DNA of 6,033 nucleotides from a virus (Duplodnaviria; Heunggongvirae; Uroviricota; Caudoviricetes): IMG/VR virus record IMGVR_UViG_2563366955_000008, positions 1 to 6,033 of that record; one strand, 5' to 3'. Shown piece by piece: positions 5,276 to 6,033 of this stretch (position 1 is its first letter; each line of letters starts with the position of its first letter). The notes under the pieces were generated by a model. It saw only the letters and a program-made list of their open reading frames with translations, ran no database searches and was not told where the DNA came from. The position numbers and the translations under genes were made by a program.

Positions 5276-5304
5276 GTTTTCGCTATTTATGAAAATTTTC
5301 CGGG

Positions 5305-5321
5305 GAAAATCATGTCGGTAC
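5305..5321 (+). repeat. R3-like repeat (GAAAATCATGTCGGTAC), putative Nu1 recognition element
   Basis: Core CATGTCGG at 5311-5318, in the same position relative to cosN as lambda R3. Confidence 0.5.
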
Positions 5322-5368
5322 TTCTCGAACATAACTATTTGTTTTTTCTAATATCGAATCCGTAAAAG

Positions 5369-5386
5369 GTCCGACATGAAAACGCC
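5369..5386 (-). repeat. R2-like repeat in inverted orientation (minus-strand reads GGCGTTTTCATGTCGGAC)
   Basis: Plus-strand CCGACATG at 5371-5378 is the reverse complement of the CATGTCGG core. Confidence 0.5.
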
Positions 5387-5407
5387 TAAAAAAGTCATTT
5401 TCGGGCA

Positions 5408-5423
5408 CTTTCATGTCGGCCCC
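5408..5423 (+). repeat. R1-like repeat (CTTTCATGTCGGCCCC)
   Basis: Core CATGTCGG at 5412-5419, direct orientation, about 28 nt upstream of the Nu1 start. Confidence 0.5.
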
Positions 5424-5446
5424 TGTATTTATTGTGAGACTGTTTC

Positions 5447-5992
5447 ATGAAGGTTAATAAAAAGAAACTTGCCGAAATTTTCAACGTGGATCCGCGAACG
5501 ATTGAACGCTGGCAGTCTCAGGGACTCCCTTGCGTCTCCGGAGGTGGTAAGGGCGTTGAATCTGTATTTGATACCGCCATGGCAATTCAGTGGTATGCGC
5601 AGAGGGAAGCTGATATCGAAAATGAAAAACTCCGTAAAGAGGTTGAGGATTACAGGGCTGCCAGTGAGGCAGATCTCCAGCCTGGGACTATTGAGTACGA
5701 ACGCCATCGACTTACGCGTGCGCAGGCCGACGCACAGGAGCTGAAGAATGCCAGAGACTCCGCAGAGGTGGTGGAAACCGCATTCTGTACTTTCGTGCTG
5801 TCACGGATCGCAGGTGAAATTGCCAGTATTCTTGACGGGATCCCTCTCTCGGTACAGCGGCGTTTTCCGGAACTGGAAAACCGACATGTTGATTTCCTGA
5901 AACGGGATATCATCAAAGCCATGAACAAAGCAGCCGCGCTGGATGAACTGATACCGGGGTTGCTGAGTGAATATATCGAACAGTCAGATTGA
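5447..5992 (+). CDS. nu1: Terminase small subunit (Nu1 family), 181 aa
   Basis: Residues ~63-181 are almost identical to lambda gpNu1 as recalled ([60 protein letters not shown]...[43 protein letters not shown]). The N-terminal DNA-binding domain is clearly related but diverged ([36 protein letters not shown]). Confidence 0.95.
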   Translation: MKVNKKKLAEIFNVDPRTIERWQSQGLPCVSGGGKGVESVFDTAMAIQWYAQREADIENEKLRKEVEDYRAASEADLQPGTIEYERHRLTRAQADAQELKNARDSAEVVETAFCTFVLSRIAGEIASILDGIPLSVQRRFPELENRHVDFLKRDIIKAMNKAAALDELIPGLLSEYIEQSD

Positions 5993-6033
5993 TATTCTGC
6001 GGCGTGATGTACGCGCCGGGCTGCGAGCCCTGT
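5967..6033 (+). CDS. A: Terminase large subunit (gpA family), N-terminal 22 codons only; truncated by the window end
   Basis: GTG 5967 lies 26 nt inside the 3' end of nu1, the same overlap and GTG start as lambda. Translation [22 protein letters not shown] versus lambda MNISNSQVNRLRHFVRAGLRSL. Confidence 0.88.
   Translation, partial: MNISNSQIDILRRDVRAGLRAL

Larger units (their letters stand above)
5276..5440. promoter_or_regulatory. cosB-like terminase small-subunit binding region between cosN and nu1, with three R-type repeats and an A/T-rich putative bend site
   Basis: Position equivalent to lambda cosB. Contains three copies of CATGTCGG in direct-inverted-direct orientation (as for lambda R3-R2-R1) and an A/T-rich tract CTATTTGTTTTTTCTAATATC between the first two; no exact IHF consensus found. 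Confidence 0.6.

Noticed and set aside
5046-5365. ORFs 5046..5249 (-) and 5111..5365 (+) across the cos region
   Set aside because: They span cosQ/cosN/cosB, which is recognisably the non-coding packaging site conserved with lambda; no RBS support.
5429-5928. ORFs 5429..5707 (-), 5469..5744 (+) and 5650..5928 (-) overlapping nu1
   Set aside because: Shadow ORFs within the confidently identified terminase small-subunit gene.
1-6033. CRISPR arrays, integrase/attachment sites, IS elements
   Set aside because: No regularly spaced direct repeats, no recombinase-like ORF and no terminal inverted repeats were seen; the only structured repeats are the cosB R-like elements and short palindromes described above.

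Overview
This window is the late-region/packaging junction of a lambdoid (lambda / phage 21-like) prophage or phage, read in the direction of late transcription. In order: a plus-strand terminator hairpin; an AT-rich island with one minus-strand ORF and one small plus-strand ORF; a second terminator; then a lysis cassette expanded from the canonical four genes to seven (S21-type pinholin, an inserted 296-aa protein, SAR endolysin, two small membrane-protein ORFs, Rz with embedded Rz1). After that come a lipoprotein consisting of little more than a TonB C-terminal domain, two small minus-strand ORFs, a lambda-type cos site (cohesive end GGGCGGCGACCT at 5259-5270) and the terminase small subunit Nu1 plus the first 22 codons of the large subunit A. 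The core lysis and packaging calls rest on direct recognition of protein and DNA sequence and are high confidence. The most interesting candidates are the lipid-anchored TonB C-terminal domain (possible dominant-negative decoy against TonB-dependent phages and colicins), the unknown 296-aa gene translationally coupled between holin and endolysin, and the two small membrane ORFs between endolysin and Rz. Nothing was computed or searched; all homology statements are from memory and manual alignment and need database confirmation.
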